Shown here in pieces: positions 9,342 through 18,151 of a stretch of DNA of 45,990 nucleotides. The stretch's first letter is position 1, and each line of letters opens with the position of its first letter. This stretch comes from an uncultured Planctomycetaceae bacterium (GTDB lineage: Bacteria; Planctomycetota; Planctomycetia; Pirellulales; JAEUIK01). A program made the position numbers and the translations under genes. The stretch covers positions 1 through 45,990 of the forward strand of contig CAZNXE010000007.1 in assembly GCA_964576465.1 (NCBI GenBank), in the 5' to 3' direction. Below the pieces are notes generated by a model. The model was given only the letters and a program-made list of their open reading frames with translations. It was not told the origin of the DNA and searched no databases.

Positions 9342-10760
9342 TCAGTATTGTGGTTCGCCCGGTTCTAGATTCTGCTGATGCCGTTCGACTTGCTCGACCA
9401 GCGAAGCGATGACCTCGGGATGGTCCTTGGCAACGTCGAATCGTTCGGCCGGATCGTGGTCTACATGAAACAGCAGCGGTGGATCGTGGATCTCTGGCTT
9501 ACGTTGACCGTAGCCGCTTTGCGTCTTGAAATGCAGCTTCCAAGGGCCATGGCGAACGGCAAACAATTCCGGACCGCGGTAATAGAAAAACGGACGGTTT
9601 GCTTCTTCACCTTCGGCGAATAGCACCGGAGACACGTCCACGCCATCGATGGTTCGGTCCGCCGGCAGTTCTACTCCCGCCATGGCGAGACAGGTTGTAT
9701 AGAGGTCCATCGTCGTGCCGAGGGCCTTGGAAATCTGTCCGGCAGGAATCCGAGACGGCCACCAGGCAATCCCGGGCACCCGCATGCCGCCTTCCCATGT
9801 GCTGCCTTTGCCACCCCGGAGCAAGCCAGCCGATCCGCCGTGCAATTGATAGGTGAGCCACGGTCCGTTGTCACTGGTGAAAAAGACGAATGTCGACTCG
9901 GCCAGCCCCAGGTCGCGAAGCGTGTCTAGAATTTTTCCGGTGCTCCAGTCGATTGTTTCGATCACGTCGCCGTATAGCCCACGGGCACTGGTGCCTGAGA
10001 ATCGCTGGCTGGCGAACAGCGGCACATGCGGCATGGAATGAGGCAAGTAGAGGAAAAACGGACGATCGTCGGCGGCCGCTTCGGTGATGAAGGTCACCGC
10101 TTCAGCGGTATATCGTTCGGTAAGAAACCGCTGATCGGGCTCGGTCTCAATCGTTTCGGTTCCACGGATCAACGGTAGCGGAGTTCCTTTTCTTGGTTTC
10201 CCTCGGCCGTTGATCTGCCCCATGTCGTTACTGTAAGGAATGCCGAAGTAACGATCGAAGCCATGCTGGGTCGGCAAGTATGGCGGCAAATGTCCCAGGT
10301 GCCACTTCCCTACACAGGCTGTTTGATAGCCGGCCCCAGCAAGCTGTTCGGCAAGCGTGTGTTCGGTGGCGGGAATGCCGGTCTTGGAATGCACGAACAG
10401 CACACGACCCTTGTTTCCGGCCATGCCGCTACGAATTGGGTAGCGTCCCGTAAGCAGCGCGGCCCGACTGGGCGTACAGACCGGCGCGGCCGAATAGAAC
10501 TGGGTAAATCGCAGACCCTCGTGAGCCATTCGATCAAGTTGCGGTGTGGCAATCGTGGGATGCCCATAACATCCCAAGTCGCCGTATCCGAGATCGTCGG
10601 CAAAGATGATCACGATGTTCGGTGGTTTCGCCGCATCGGCGGCATGCGATTGGCTGCCAAACGTTTGCAACGTGAACAGGGCGATCAGCAGGAATACCCT
10701 GCAATACCCCTCGGGCACGATCGGCAATGCTCGATCAACGAGATGTATTACCGCTTGCAT
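9342..10760 (-). CDS. Arylsulfatase (formylglycine-dependent sulfatase family).
   Basis: Motifs seen are PNIVIIFADDLGYGDLG, the sulfatase signature CTPSRAALLTGR and GKWHLG. The track ORF extends to 10904, but the ATG at 10760 is preceded by AAGGAGAG and gives the signal-like MQAVIHLVDRALPIVPEGYCRVFLLIALFTLQTFGSQSHA. Confidence 0.9.
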   Translation of the reverse strand: MQAVIHLVDRALPIVPEGYCRVFLLIALFTLQTFGSQSHAADAAKPPNIVIIFADDLGYGDLGCYGHPTIATPQLDRMAHEGLRFTQFYSAAPVCTPSRAALLTGRYPIRSGMAGNKGRVLFVHSKTGIPATEHTLAEQLAGAGYQTACVGKWHLGHLPPYLPTQHGFDRYFGIPYSNDMGQINGRGKPRKGTPLPLIRGTETIETEPDQRFLTERYTAEAVTFITEAAADDRPFFLYLPHSMPHVPLFASQRFSGTSARGLYGDVIETIDWSTGKILDTLRDLGLAESTFVFFTSDNGPWLTYQLHGGSAGLLRGGKGSTWEGGMRVPGIAWWPSRIPAGQISKALGTTMDLYTTCLAMAGVELPADRTIDGVDVSPVLFAEGEEANRPFFYYRGPELFAVRHGPWKLHFKTQSGYGQRKPEIHDPPLLFHVDHDPAERFDVAKDHPEVIASLVEQVERHQQNLEPGEPQY

Positions 10761-10926
10761 GGGTGCCTCTCCTTTGGGGTCAGGGCCTACTTCCTGGCAA
10801 GCACACGGCGTTCTTTCGTGCGCCTCGCGTTGCCCAGAGGCCAGTATTGTCAGGCCACAGGGATGAGGCAAGTTGCCATCGCCTTCGGGACTCCGGGCAA
10901 GCACGCCTCGGCGCGACCTTCTAAAC

Positions 10927-11057
10927 TAAGGCAAGCGGCGAATGAGAATAGACCAAGGGGACGCGTAAGCGAGGGAACGCAGTGTATTACCGGTTGGTCC
11001 CTCGCTCACGCGTCGGGTTGTGATTGGTACGTTCTTATTTGCCGCACGCCTAAGGAC
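10927..11057. repeat. Copy A of a ~130-bp imperfect palindromic intergenic element (REP/MITE-like).
   Basis: The element has a near-identical second copy at 35487-35616. Shared outer arms are AAGGC(A/G)AGCGGCGAATGAGA on the left and ACGCGTCGGGTTGTGATTGGTACGTTCTTAT(T/C)TGCCGCACGCC on the right. The core stem GACGCGTAAGCGAGGGA / TCCCTCGCTCACGCGTC is 17 bp with one mismatch, around a ~20-nt loop containing ACCGGT. Confidence 0.85.
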
Positions 11058-11171
11058 TACCGCTGGTCCCACATGGCCGTGAAACAGCTAAACTAGAACT
11101 CGCTCCCGGTCTAGTCGGGATGCTGCCACCTGACCAGCGACTGTCGAACGTTTCGCACCCCTCCACCAACG

Positions 11172-12536
11172 GTGAAGAAATTAACCATGAGAAGCCTTGT
11201 GTTTTCCTGCATCACACTGTTGCTTGTCTCCACGGTCTCGGCCGAACATATCAACGAGACTGCGTTCCAACACAATTGGCCTCACTGGCGGGGACCGCTG
11301 GCCAACGGAGTCGCGCCGCATGCCGATCCGCCGATCGAGTGGAGCCAAGACTCGAACATCAAGTGGAAGGTAGAACTGCCTGGGCGTGGTTCGGCTTCGC
11401 CCATCATATGGAACGACCGCATCTTTATTCTCACGGCGATCAAGACAGACCGCGAAGGCACGCCAGAGGAGTCGCCAGATTCACGCAACCCAGACGATCC
11501 TCCACGTCTCAATCCCTTCCGCATTGAACCAGCCACGCACTACCATCAGTTCATCGTGCTGTGCCTCGACCGCGCCAGCGGCGAAACCCTTTGGAAGCAT
11601 GTGGCGCACGAAGTGGTGCCCCATGAAGGGTTTCATGGCGACAATGGTTATGCCTCGGGTTCACCGACAACCGATGGCCAATATCTCTACGCCTCGTTCG
11701 GCTCACACGGCATCTACTGCTACGACATGCAGGGGACGCTTCAATGGAAACGCGATCTGGGCAAGATGCGTACCCGGTTTAGTTTCGGGGAGGCCAGCAC
11801 GCCGGTGTTGCATGGCGACAAGCTCATCGTGATGTGGGATCAAGAAGAACAGTCGATGATCTACGCGCTGGATACCGCGACCGGTGAAACCCGTTGGGAG
11901 CAGCCGCGTGACGAACCGAGCAATTGGTCGACTCCGCTGGTGGTCGAACATGATGGACGGTGGCAGGTGGTTACCAACGGCACAAACCGTGTGCGGAGCT
12001 ACGACCTGGAATCGGGTGAGCTGATTTGGGAATGTGGCGGCCAGACGAAGAACGCGATTCCTTCGCCTGTTAGCGTCGATGGGCTGGTGTTCTGCATGAG
12101 TAACCGCGGTGGCAATGCCGTGTTTGCCATGCCGCTGGACGCCACGGGCGACATTACCGATTCCGATCGCATCGCCTGGCAACGCGACGAAGGGGCCCCC
12201 TATGTCCCGTCGCCGCTGCTCTACGGCGATCGACTGTATATGACGTCATCGAATCGCGCAATTCTTTCCTGCCTTGATGCGGCAACCGGCGAACCGCTCA
12301 TCAAGCGTAAGCGTTTGCAAGATGTACGGGCTTTTTATGCGTCGCCTGTTGGCGCTGCCGACCGCCTGTATTTGGTCGATCGCCACGGGACCTGCGTGGT
12401 GCTCAAGAACACTTCCAAGCTGGAAGTGCTGGCCACCAACGAACTCGACGACCCAATCGACGCCACGCCGGCAGTGGTTGGAGGAGAACTGTTCCTTCGT
12501 TCCGAAGGTCATCTGTACTGCATTGAGAAAGATTGA
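11172..12536 (+). CDS. Secreted PQQ-like (BamB-like) beta-propeller repeat protein.
   Basis: The signal peptide is MKKLTMRSLVFSCITLLLVSTVSAEH. Position 11172 is a GTG, and an alternative ATG lies at 11187. A tGExlW blade motif recurs every ~40-50 aa (GETLWKH, GTLQWKRDLG, GETRWEQ, GELIWECGG, IAWQRDEG), as in PQQ_2/BamB propellers. Confidence 0.8.
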   Translation: MKKLTMRSLVFSCITLLLVSTVSAEHINETAFQHNWPHWRGPLANGVAPHADPPIEWSQDSNIKWKVELPGRGSASPIIWNDRIFILTAIKTDREGTPEESPDSRNPDDPPRLNPFRIEPATHYHQFIVLCLDRASGETLWKHVAHEVVPHEGFHGDNGYASGSPTTDGQYLYASFGSHGIYCYDMQGTLQWKRDLGKMRTRFSFGEASTPVLHGDKLIVMWDQEEQSMIYALDTATGETRWEQPRDEPSNWSTPLVVEHDGRWQVVTNGTNRVRSYDLESGELIWECGGQTKNAIPSPVSVDGLVFCMSNRGGNAVFAMPLDATGDITDSDRIAWQRDEGAPYVPSPLLYGDRLYMTSSNRAILSCLDAATGEPLIKRKRLQDVRAFYASPVGAADRLYLVDRHGTCVVLKNTSKLEVLATNELDDPIDATPAVVGGELFLRSEGHLYCIEKD

Positions 12537-12574
12537 TCGGGCAACCAATAATCAACCGGTGAGGATACCTTCCA

Positions 12575-14419
12575 ATGCGCGAACGGCAGCCGATTGGCAA
12601 CACCGCCACCCGTGTGGTTCCCACATCACGCTGCGCGCGATCCATCTGTGATACAGTCCTTGTGGCGGCCATGGTCTTCGGCTGGGCCGCCGGCAAAGCT
12701 CACGTGGCCCGTGCGGCGACTCGTCCCAATGTCGTAATCTTTCTGGCCGACGATCAAGGCTGGGGTGATCTCAGTCTCCACGGCAACACAAACCTGTCGA
12801 CGCCCAACATCGACTCGTTGGCCAACGACGGCGCGCGGTTTGAACAGTTCTTCGTTTGTGCTGTCTGTGCCCCGACCAGGGCGGAGTTTCTCACGGGTCG
12901 CTATCATGCCCGCGGCGGTGTGCGTGGCGTATCGCGGGGCGAAGAACGGCTCGACTTCGATGAAACCACCCTTGCAGACACCTTCAAGGCTGCCGGCTAT
13001 GCGACGGGTGCATTTGGCAAGTGGCACAATGGAACCCAATATCCGTACCACCCCAATGCCCGCGGGTTCGAGGAATACTACGGTTTCTGCTCTGGCCACT
13101 GGGGGAACTACTTCTCGCCGGTGCTAGAACACAACGGACAAATGGTCCAGGGCGAGGGGTTCATCATCGACGACCTCACCAACCATGCAATTGACTTCAT
13201 CGAGCAGCATCGTGAACGGCCCTTCTTCTGTTACCTGCCCTACAACACGCCCCACTCGCCGATGCAGGTTCCCGATCGGTTCTATGAGAAGTTCGAGCAT
13301 GCCGAGCTGAAGCAACGCAATCGCGACCCCAAACGCGAAGACGTGGGCATGACGCGTGCCGCGCTGGCCATGTGCGAGAACATCGACTGGAACGTGGGAC
13401 GTGTGCTGCAAAAGCTTGATGAACTCCAACTGAGCGACAACACCATCGTCATCTATTTCAGCGACAACGGGCCGAACAGTTGGCGTTGGAACGATGGAAT
13501 GAAGGGTCGTAAGGGCTCGGTGGATGAAGGAGGCCTCCGCGTGCCATGCTTCGTTCGCTGGCCAAGACATATCGCGGCGGGAACTCAGATCACGGAGATC
13601 GCCTCGGCGATCGATTTGTTGCCAACCATGATGGACCTGGCCCAGGTTCCCCCAATCGGCGACAAGTCGTTGGACGGAGTTAGCTTGAAGCCACTGCTGA
13701 TGCGGGGCTCTGAAGCGTGGCCCGACCGCATGATCTTTTCGCTGTGGCGAAACAAGATCAGTGTGCGAACTCAGCAGTATCGCCTGGACGCGGCAGGCGA
13801 GCTATTCGATATGACGCGCGATCCCGGTCAAAGGCAAGCCATCTCCCAACAGCAACCCAAGCTTGCGGAAAAGCTCCGCGAAGCGGTCGCACGGTGGAGA
13901 GAGGACGTCGTGCAATACGATCTCCAAGATGATCGCCCGTTTCCGGTGGGCTACGTCGAGTTTCCGGTAACGGCATTGCCGGCGCGCGATGCAACAGCCA
14001 GCGGCGGGATCCAGCGAAGTTCCAGGGCACCCAACTGCTCGTACTTCACCCATTGGACGAACACCCGTGACGCAATTCTTTGGGATATCGACGTTCATAC
14101 CACTGGCACCTACGACGTTGAGGTCTTCTACACGTGTCCGCAATCCGATGTCGGGTCGACGATTCAACTGAGTTTTGGCACTGAGCACCTGCAAGGGAAG
14201 ATTACTGACGCCCACGATCCGCCGCTGCGGGGTGCCGACGACGATCGCGTATCTCGGGGAAGCGAATCTTACGTAAAGACGTGGCGCCCCATCGACTTAG
14301 GGAAAATTCATCTCCAAGCAGGACGTGGTGATCTGTCGCTGCAAGCCATCGACGTACCGGGGCAAGGCGTGGCGGATGTTCGAGGACTTCGGCTCACGCT
14401 GCTGGATGACTCGAAGTAA
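12575..14419 (+). CDS. Sulfatase with a C-terminal beta-sandwich (carbohydrate-binding-like) domain.
   Basis: GGTGAGGA lies ~9 nt upstream of the ATG. Motifs seen are [17 protein letters not shown], the signature [12 protein letters not shown] and GKWHNG. About 150 further residues follow the catalytic domain ([33 protein letters not shown]). Confidence 0.9.
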   Translation: MRERQPIGNTATRVVPTSRCARSICDTVLVAAMVFGWAAGKAHVARAATRPNVVIFLADDQGWGDLSLHGNTNLSTPNIDSLANDGARFEQFFVCAVCAPTRAEFLTGRYHARGGVRGVSRGEERLDFDETTLADTFKAAGYATGAFGKWHNGTQYPYHPNARGFEEYYGFCSGHWGNYFSPVLEHNGQMVQGEGFIIDDLTNHAIDFIEQHRERPFFCYLPYNTPHSPMQVPDRFYEKFEHAELKQRNRDPKREDVGMTRAALAMCENIDWNVGRVLQKLDELQLSDNTIVIYFSDNGPNSWRWNDGMKGRKGSVDEGGLRVPCFVRWPRHIAAGTQITEIASAIDLLPTMMDLAQVPPIGDKSLDGVSLKPLLMRGSEAWPDRMIFSLWRNKISVRTQQYRLDAAGELFDMTRDPGQRQAISQQQPKLAEKLREAVARWREDVVQYDLQDDRPFPVGYVEFPVTALPARDATASGGIQRSSRAPNCSYFTHWTNTRDAILWDIDVHTTGTYDVEVFYTCPQSDVGSTIQLSFGTEHLQGKITDAHDPPLRGADDDRVSRGSESYVKTWRPIDLGKIHLQAGRGDLSLQAIDVPGQGVADVRGLRLTLLDDSK

Positions 14420-14681
14420 CGGTTTCACGATGCAGCCGACATGGTCATTGATGACGCGTTTGTTTTCTTGCAACGATTCCAAAGCGCGACGTGGTTCATT
14501 GTCTGATCGATTGCACACGATGCAACACGAACCACCGCATCCGTCACCGCTCGTTTGATGTTCAGCGCACGATCAAATGCTTCGCATACCACTGTTTTCG
14601 TAGGGCATTGCAACAGCGGCGTGTTGTGCGACCATGTGATGCGACACAGGCCGTGACACCCTTTTGCAATTGAGATGATCT

Positions 14682-15404
14682 ATGTTTCTCCGTGAGCCGC
14701 CAGCGAGTCCGTACGACTTACGGTTCTCCATTGCGCGAATTCCAGTCCGCGTTCATCCCTTCTTTTGGCTCGTCGCGGCAGTGCTTGGAATCAACCAAGA
14801 GGTCCCAAAACTGGTTTTGATCTGGATCGTGGCAGTTTTTTTTTCAATTTTATTCCACGAACTTGGACACGCGTACGCGGCCTTAGCTCATGGTTGGCCA
14901 TCGCGAATCGTTTTGTATGGCGCAGGTGGTCTTGCGACGTACCAACCGACTCGACAAACGCTTCGCAGCATCGTTTTGATTGCTGGCGCGGGACCGTTCG
15001 CAGGCTTTTTGTTTGCGGCGTTCGTAGTTCTTGCCGTGATCGTCACCGGTCATTCGATCACGATATTTCTGTTCAGTTGGTCGACGGAATTCAATGCGTC
15101 GTCACCCGCGTTGAGCAACGTTTCGACGCTCTATTTGGTGTATGACCTGCTGCAGATCAACATCTATTGGGGACTCGTCAATCTGTTGCCTGTTTACCCG
15201 TTGGACGGCGGCCAGATTGCCCGGGCATTGTTTGTTAACCGCTTGCCAGGCAATGGTTTGCGACTGTCTCTGCAAGTCTCATTTTTTACTGCCATCGCGT
15301 TGGCAATCATCTCTCTCACGGCCGGAAACGGACTATTCCTGCCGATCTTCTTCGGTTTTTTTGCCTACGACAACTACCGCAGCCTGAACAACCAAACGTG
15401 GTGA
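14682..15404 (+). CDS. Peptidase M50 / site-2-protease-family membrane metalloprotease.
   Basis: The HExxH motif sits in a TM segment (FHELGHAYAALAHGW). The second M50 motif, NLLPVYPLDGGQIA, is present. The protein is polytopic and hydrophobic, and GC is lower than in neighbouring genes. Confidence 0.85.
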   Translation: MFLREPPASPYDLRFSIARIPVRVHPFFWLVAAVLGINQEVPKLVLIWIVAVFFSILFHELGHAYAALAHGWPSRIVLYGAGGLATYQPTRQTLRSIVLIAGAGPFAGFLFAAFVVLAVIVTGHSITIFLFSWSTEFNASSPALSNVSTLYLVYDLLQINIYWGLVNLLPVYPLDGGQIARALFVNRLPGNGLRLSLQVSFFTAIALAIISLTAGNGLFLPIFFGFFAYDNYRSLNNQTW

Positions 15405-15893
15405 TGCGGTCGTTGATCGGCGCGGATTCTTGCAGCGTCTTTTCGTAATTCCAAAGCGTCGATTCGACGATGAATTCGAGATCAAACAGCAATCGACATT
15501 CAACGCGCGGAGGAAGTAACTGACTGCGCTGTTGATGTTCGTTGAGCACAACAATCGCGCGCACCATTGCATGATGAATCCGTCATCTCGGCAGATTTTC
15601 TTGCGTCTGAAGATCGACAACGTTGTCCGCGAAGTCTTGCAAAGACAAAGCGCAATGCGAAATGATTGGGAAAACGTATTGCACAAATTTGGAGAATTCG
15701 TACTAATACTGGTCATGAAGTTCCTTGCATGCGACAAGACGGTCTGGTTGATCGCGACCCAGCGAGCACACGGCCAGAACGATGCCAAGGAAAAAGCGTG
15801 TTACTTGTCAATGGTGAGGATCGCAGGATTCGCCGATGAACATGATGTGACGGCGACGATGCTCATCAGGAACTTTATTTAGGAGGACGTAGC

Positions 15894-16097
15894 GTGGCTA
15901 AAAAGAAAGCCAAACGGAAGGCCGCCAAGAAGAAGGGCGCCACGAAGAAGTCCACGAAGAAGAAGGCTACAAAGAAGAAGGCTGCCAAGAAGAAGGGCGC
16001 CACGAAAAAGGCCACAAAGAAGAAGGCCACGAAGAAGGTAGCCAAGAAAAAGAAGAAGGCCACAAAGAAGAAGGCCGCCAAGCGCAAGAAGAAGTAG
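15894..16097 (+). CDS. Lysine/alanine-rich histone H1-like nucleoid protein (67 aa).
   Basis: A GTG start follows AGGAGGA (15881-15887) by 6 nt. The product is MAKKKAKRKAAKKKGATKKSTKKKATKKKAAKKKGATKKATKKKATKKVAKKKKKATKKKAAKRKKK, with internal tandem repeats at the DNA level. A structured 3' region and a terminator follow. Confidence 0.75.
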   Translation: MAKKKAKRKAAKKKGATKKSTKKKATKKKAAKKKGATKKATKKKATKKVAKKKKKATKKKAAKRKKK

Positions 16098-16186
16098 GCC
16101 CCCTTCGCTCTGCCGCGAACCCTCTCTGGAGGCTGCGGCAGTGTGTGACCGCACCATCGGCCTTCGTGGCCGATGACCTAACGCGT

Positions 16187-16228
16187 AAGAGCCGTCCGAT
16201 CCACATGATCGGGCGGCTCTTTTCGTTT
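16187..16228 (+). terminator. Rho-independent terminator of the H1-like gene, located between convergent genes.
   Basis: The stem AAGAGCCGTCCGATC / GATCGGGCGGCTCTT is 15 bp with one G-U, around a 5-nt loop CACAT, followed by TTTCGTTT. Two further hairpins lie upstream in the same 3' region: 16110-16141 (CTGCCGC...GCGGCAG) and 16155-16175 (CATCGGCC TTCGT GGCCGATG). Confidence 0.7.
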
Positions 16229-16261
16229 GGCCCTTGGGGGTCCGCTCACTCAAAGCTTGGG

Positions 16262-17347
16262 CTAGCCCAAGACTGAAAGCGACGGCAGCGGCGGGTCGGA
16301 CTTCCGATTGCTCACTAAATTGTGGATCAGCGATTGGCAGATCGACTGCAAGAACGGGCCTGAATCGGGGTCGTCGAGCACCGATTCGATCTTTCCCTCA
16401 TCCCCATTGATACGGATCTGCATGTTGATTGGCACCTCGCCCAAGAACGGGATATCCAACTCCGCGGCACGTCGCTTGGCACCGCCGGAGCCGAAGATTT
16501 CGTATCGCTTGCCATTGTCGGGACAGATGAAGTAACTCATGTTCTCGACCATTCCCGCCAACGGGATATTCACCTTTCGGAACATGGCGATCGCCTTGAC
16601 TGCGTCCAACAGCGCAACGTCTTGCGGCGTGCAGACGATGACAGCTCCCGAGAGCGGCAGCAGTTGTGATAACGTTAGCGCGACGTCACCGGTGCCCGGG
16701 GGCATGTCGATGATGAGATAGTCCAACTCACCCCAAACGGTATCGCGGAGAAACTGAGTGATCGCCCCGTGAAGCATGGGGCCACGCCACACGACTGCCT
16801 CGTCGGGCGCAACCAGGAACCCCATCGACATCACCTTCAGTCCATCGGCGTCGATCGGTTCGATGCGTTTCTCTTCGATGATGCGTGGTCGCTCATTGAC
16901 GCCAATCAGATGTGGGATGCTCGGTCCGTACACGTCGGCGTCCATCAATCCGACTTGGCAGCCCGCGCGTTTCAGACCGTAAGCGATCGACGCGGCGATG
17001 GTGCTCTTGCCGACGCCCCCTTTACCCGAGCCAACGGCAATGACACTCTTGCAAGCCAACCCAATTTCGCCAATTTTTTGCGGCGGGCGATGGTGCGTAG
17101 CGAGCTTGACATCTACTTGCGAGAGCGCCGGCAATTTGGTCTTGAGTAATTCGACCAGCTCATCGCGCGTGGCGTCTCGCAATGGAGCGACGTACGTCGT
17201 TAAGGCCAGCGTGAGAGACAAATTGCCGCCCTCAAGTCGCACATCGTGCACCTGCTCCATTTGCAACACGCCGCGGCCTGTTTCAGGATCTTGAAACTCG
17301 GCCAAGACTTTCTCGACATCGGTCATGGTGACACCGGCAGTGGACAT
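16262..17347 (-). CDS. mrp: Mrp/ApbC/NBP35-family P-loop ATPase with an N-terminal DUF59-like domain. The canonical CxxC is degenerate (CPDN).
   Basis: GGAGGAA lies 6 nt upstream of the ATG at 17347. The deviant Walker A is GSGKGGVGKST, and LIIDMPPGTGD and VENMSYFICPDNGKRYEIFGSGG are present. The family normally has CxxC in that last motif; codons TGT CCC GAC AAT at 16525-16514 encode CPDN. Confidence 0.9.
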   Translation of the reverse strand: MSTAGVTMTDVEKVLAEFQDPETGRGVLQMEQVHDVRLEGGNLSLTLALTTYVAPLRDATRDELVELLKTKLPALSQVDVKLATHHRPPQKIGEIGLACKSVIAVGSGKGGVGKSTIAASIAYGLKRAGCQVGLMDADVYGPSIPHLIGVNERPRIIEEKRIEPIDADGLKVMSMGFLVAPDEAVVWRGPMLHGAITQFLRDTVWGELDYLIIDMPPGTGDVALTLSQLLPLSGAVIVCTPQDVALLDAVKAIAMFRKVNIPLAGMVENMSYFICPDNGKRYEIFGSGGAKRRAAELDIPFLGEVPINMQIRINGDEGKIESVLDDPDSGPFLQSICQSLIHNLVSNRKSDPPLPSLSVLG

Positions 17348-17476
17348 GCGGTTTCCTCCGATTGCAGTTCATTCTGGTGAATTGAGAGTGGATCGAACGA
17401 TGACGGTCATCTCGACATGTCGCCGGCGACCTCGCGCCTGAGATTCGTATCAGAGCGAGAGGTTTGGAGACGGAAC

Positions 17477-18103
17477 TCACGGCAACGGCTCGAAATTGAT
17501 TGGTTCATCGTCACCTTCGCTGGTTTTTCGGCGTCGTGTGGCCGGTGGCAGTGGCCGATTCGGGTCGACCGCCCGAAAAGGGAGCCTCGCTTGAATTTGC
17601 CTCACGGAGCCTGCGTCAATTGCTTGCTGCGCTGGATGTTCTCGCATCGCGATGGCCCACCGCTCGACAATCGTAGCGACGCGGGCAACCTGTCGCGGCG
17701 AGTTGATCACAGCCACCGCCCCCGCTTCCCAAGCCAACATGGCAATGGTCGCGGGGAGATGATTTCCCAACGCGATACAGTTCACTCGCGGGAAATCGCG
17801 AAGCATTCGGTCGATCCCGGCGATCGTTCGCCCGCAGCCATCAACACGCACCTCAACGGCCACCAAACTCCGATCCTGCACACGCAACAACTCGTCAATC
17901 TCGGCGAAGCCACGTGCTTCCCGCAGCTTCCACGATCGCGAGCCGTTGATGCGGCGAAGCGCCGCGGCCCACGTTCCATGCCGTTCAAGCACAAGGCACG
18001 TCGGCGGCACAGGCGCCATCAAGCGGGTATCGTTCGATACGGCATCACTTTGCATCATAGGGGTCGGTAACCTACCTGCCAACCGTCGGCAATTTAGTGC
18101 CAC
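17477..18103 (-). CDS. Hypothetical protein, possibly a receiver-like (pseudo-receiver) domain protein.
   Basis: The 208-aa ORF starts with GTG at 18103, with alternative ATGs at 18058 and 18055. A beta-alpha alternation resembles CheY-like receivers: CLVLERHG, KLREARG, SLVAVEV, NCIALGN and AVAVINSP. Glu occupies the phospho-Asp position, and Ser-Pro replaces Lys-Pro. The gene lies 48 nt downstream of the EBP-like gene. Confidence 0.5.
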   Translation of the reverse strand: MALNCRRLAGRLPTPMMQSDAVSNDTRLMAPVPPTCLVLERHGTWAAALRRINGSRSWKLREARGFAEIDELLRVQDRSLVAVEVRVDGCGRTIAGIDRMLRDFPRVNCIALGNHLPATIAMLAWEAGAVAVINSPRQVARVATIVERWAIAMREHPAQQAIDAGSVRQIQARLPFRAVDPNRPLPPATRRRKTSEGDDEPINFEPLP

Positions 18104-18151
18104 GCGTTTCGAGCATGAAATAGACGACGGGCATGGTCGCTGTACGGGGCG

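Noticed and set aside
10263-11096. A 277-aa plus-strand ORF spanning the sulfatase 5' region and the repeat element. The 102-aa ORF at 35469-35777 across the second repeat copy is a comparable case.
   Set aside because: Both run through a palindromic non-coding repeat and/or antisense to a well-supported gene. The shared peptide segments are a by-product of the DNA repeat.
14836-14844. A T9 homopolymer inside the M50 protease CDS, considered as a possible slipped-strand phase-variation switch.
   Set aside because: It encodes Val-Phe-Phe-Ser in a TM segment of a Phe-rich membrane protein. There is no second tract or other evidence for phase variation, so it is most simply codon usage.
15316-15882. 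Three overlapping ORFs (151 aa minus, 83 aa minus, 116 aa plus) in the AT-richer spacer. I considered them as a small toxin/antitoxin pair or a four-helix-bundle protein.
   Set aside because: No family motif was recognised. They are mutually exclusive, and two overlap the M50 gene antisense. They are reported only as an unexplained spacer.
15875-16253. Poly-Phe/Leu ORFs (FFFVAFFF..., LLLCGLLLF...) on the minus strand.
   Set aside because: They are the antisense and off-frame readings of the AAG/GCC-rich lysine-rich gene. The plus-strand ORF has the RBS and the terminator.
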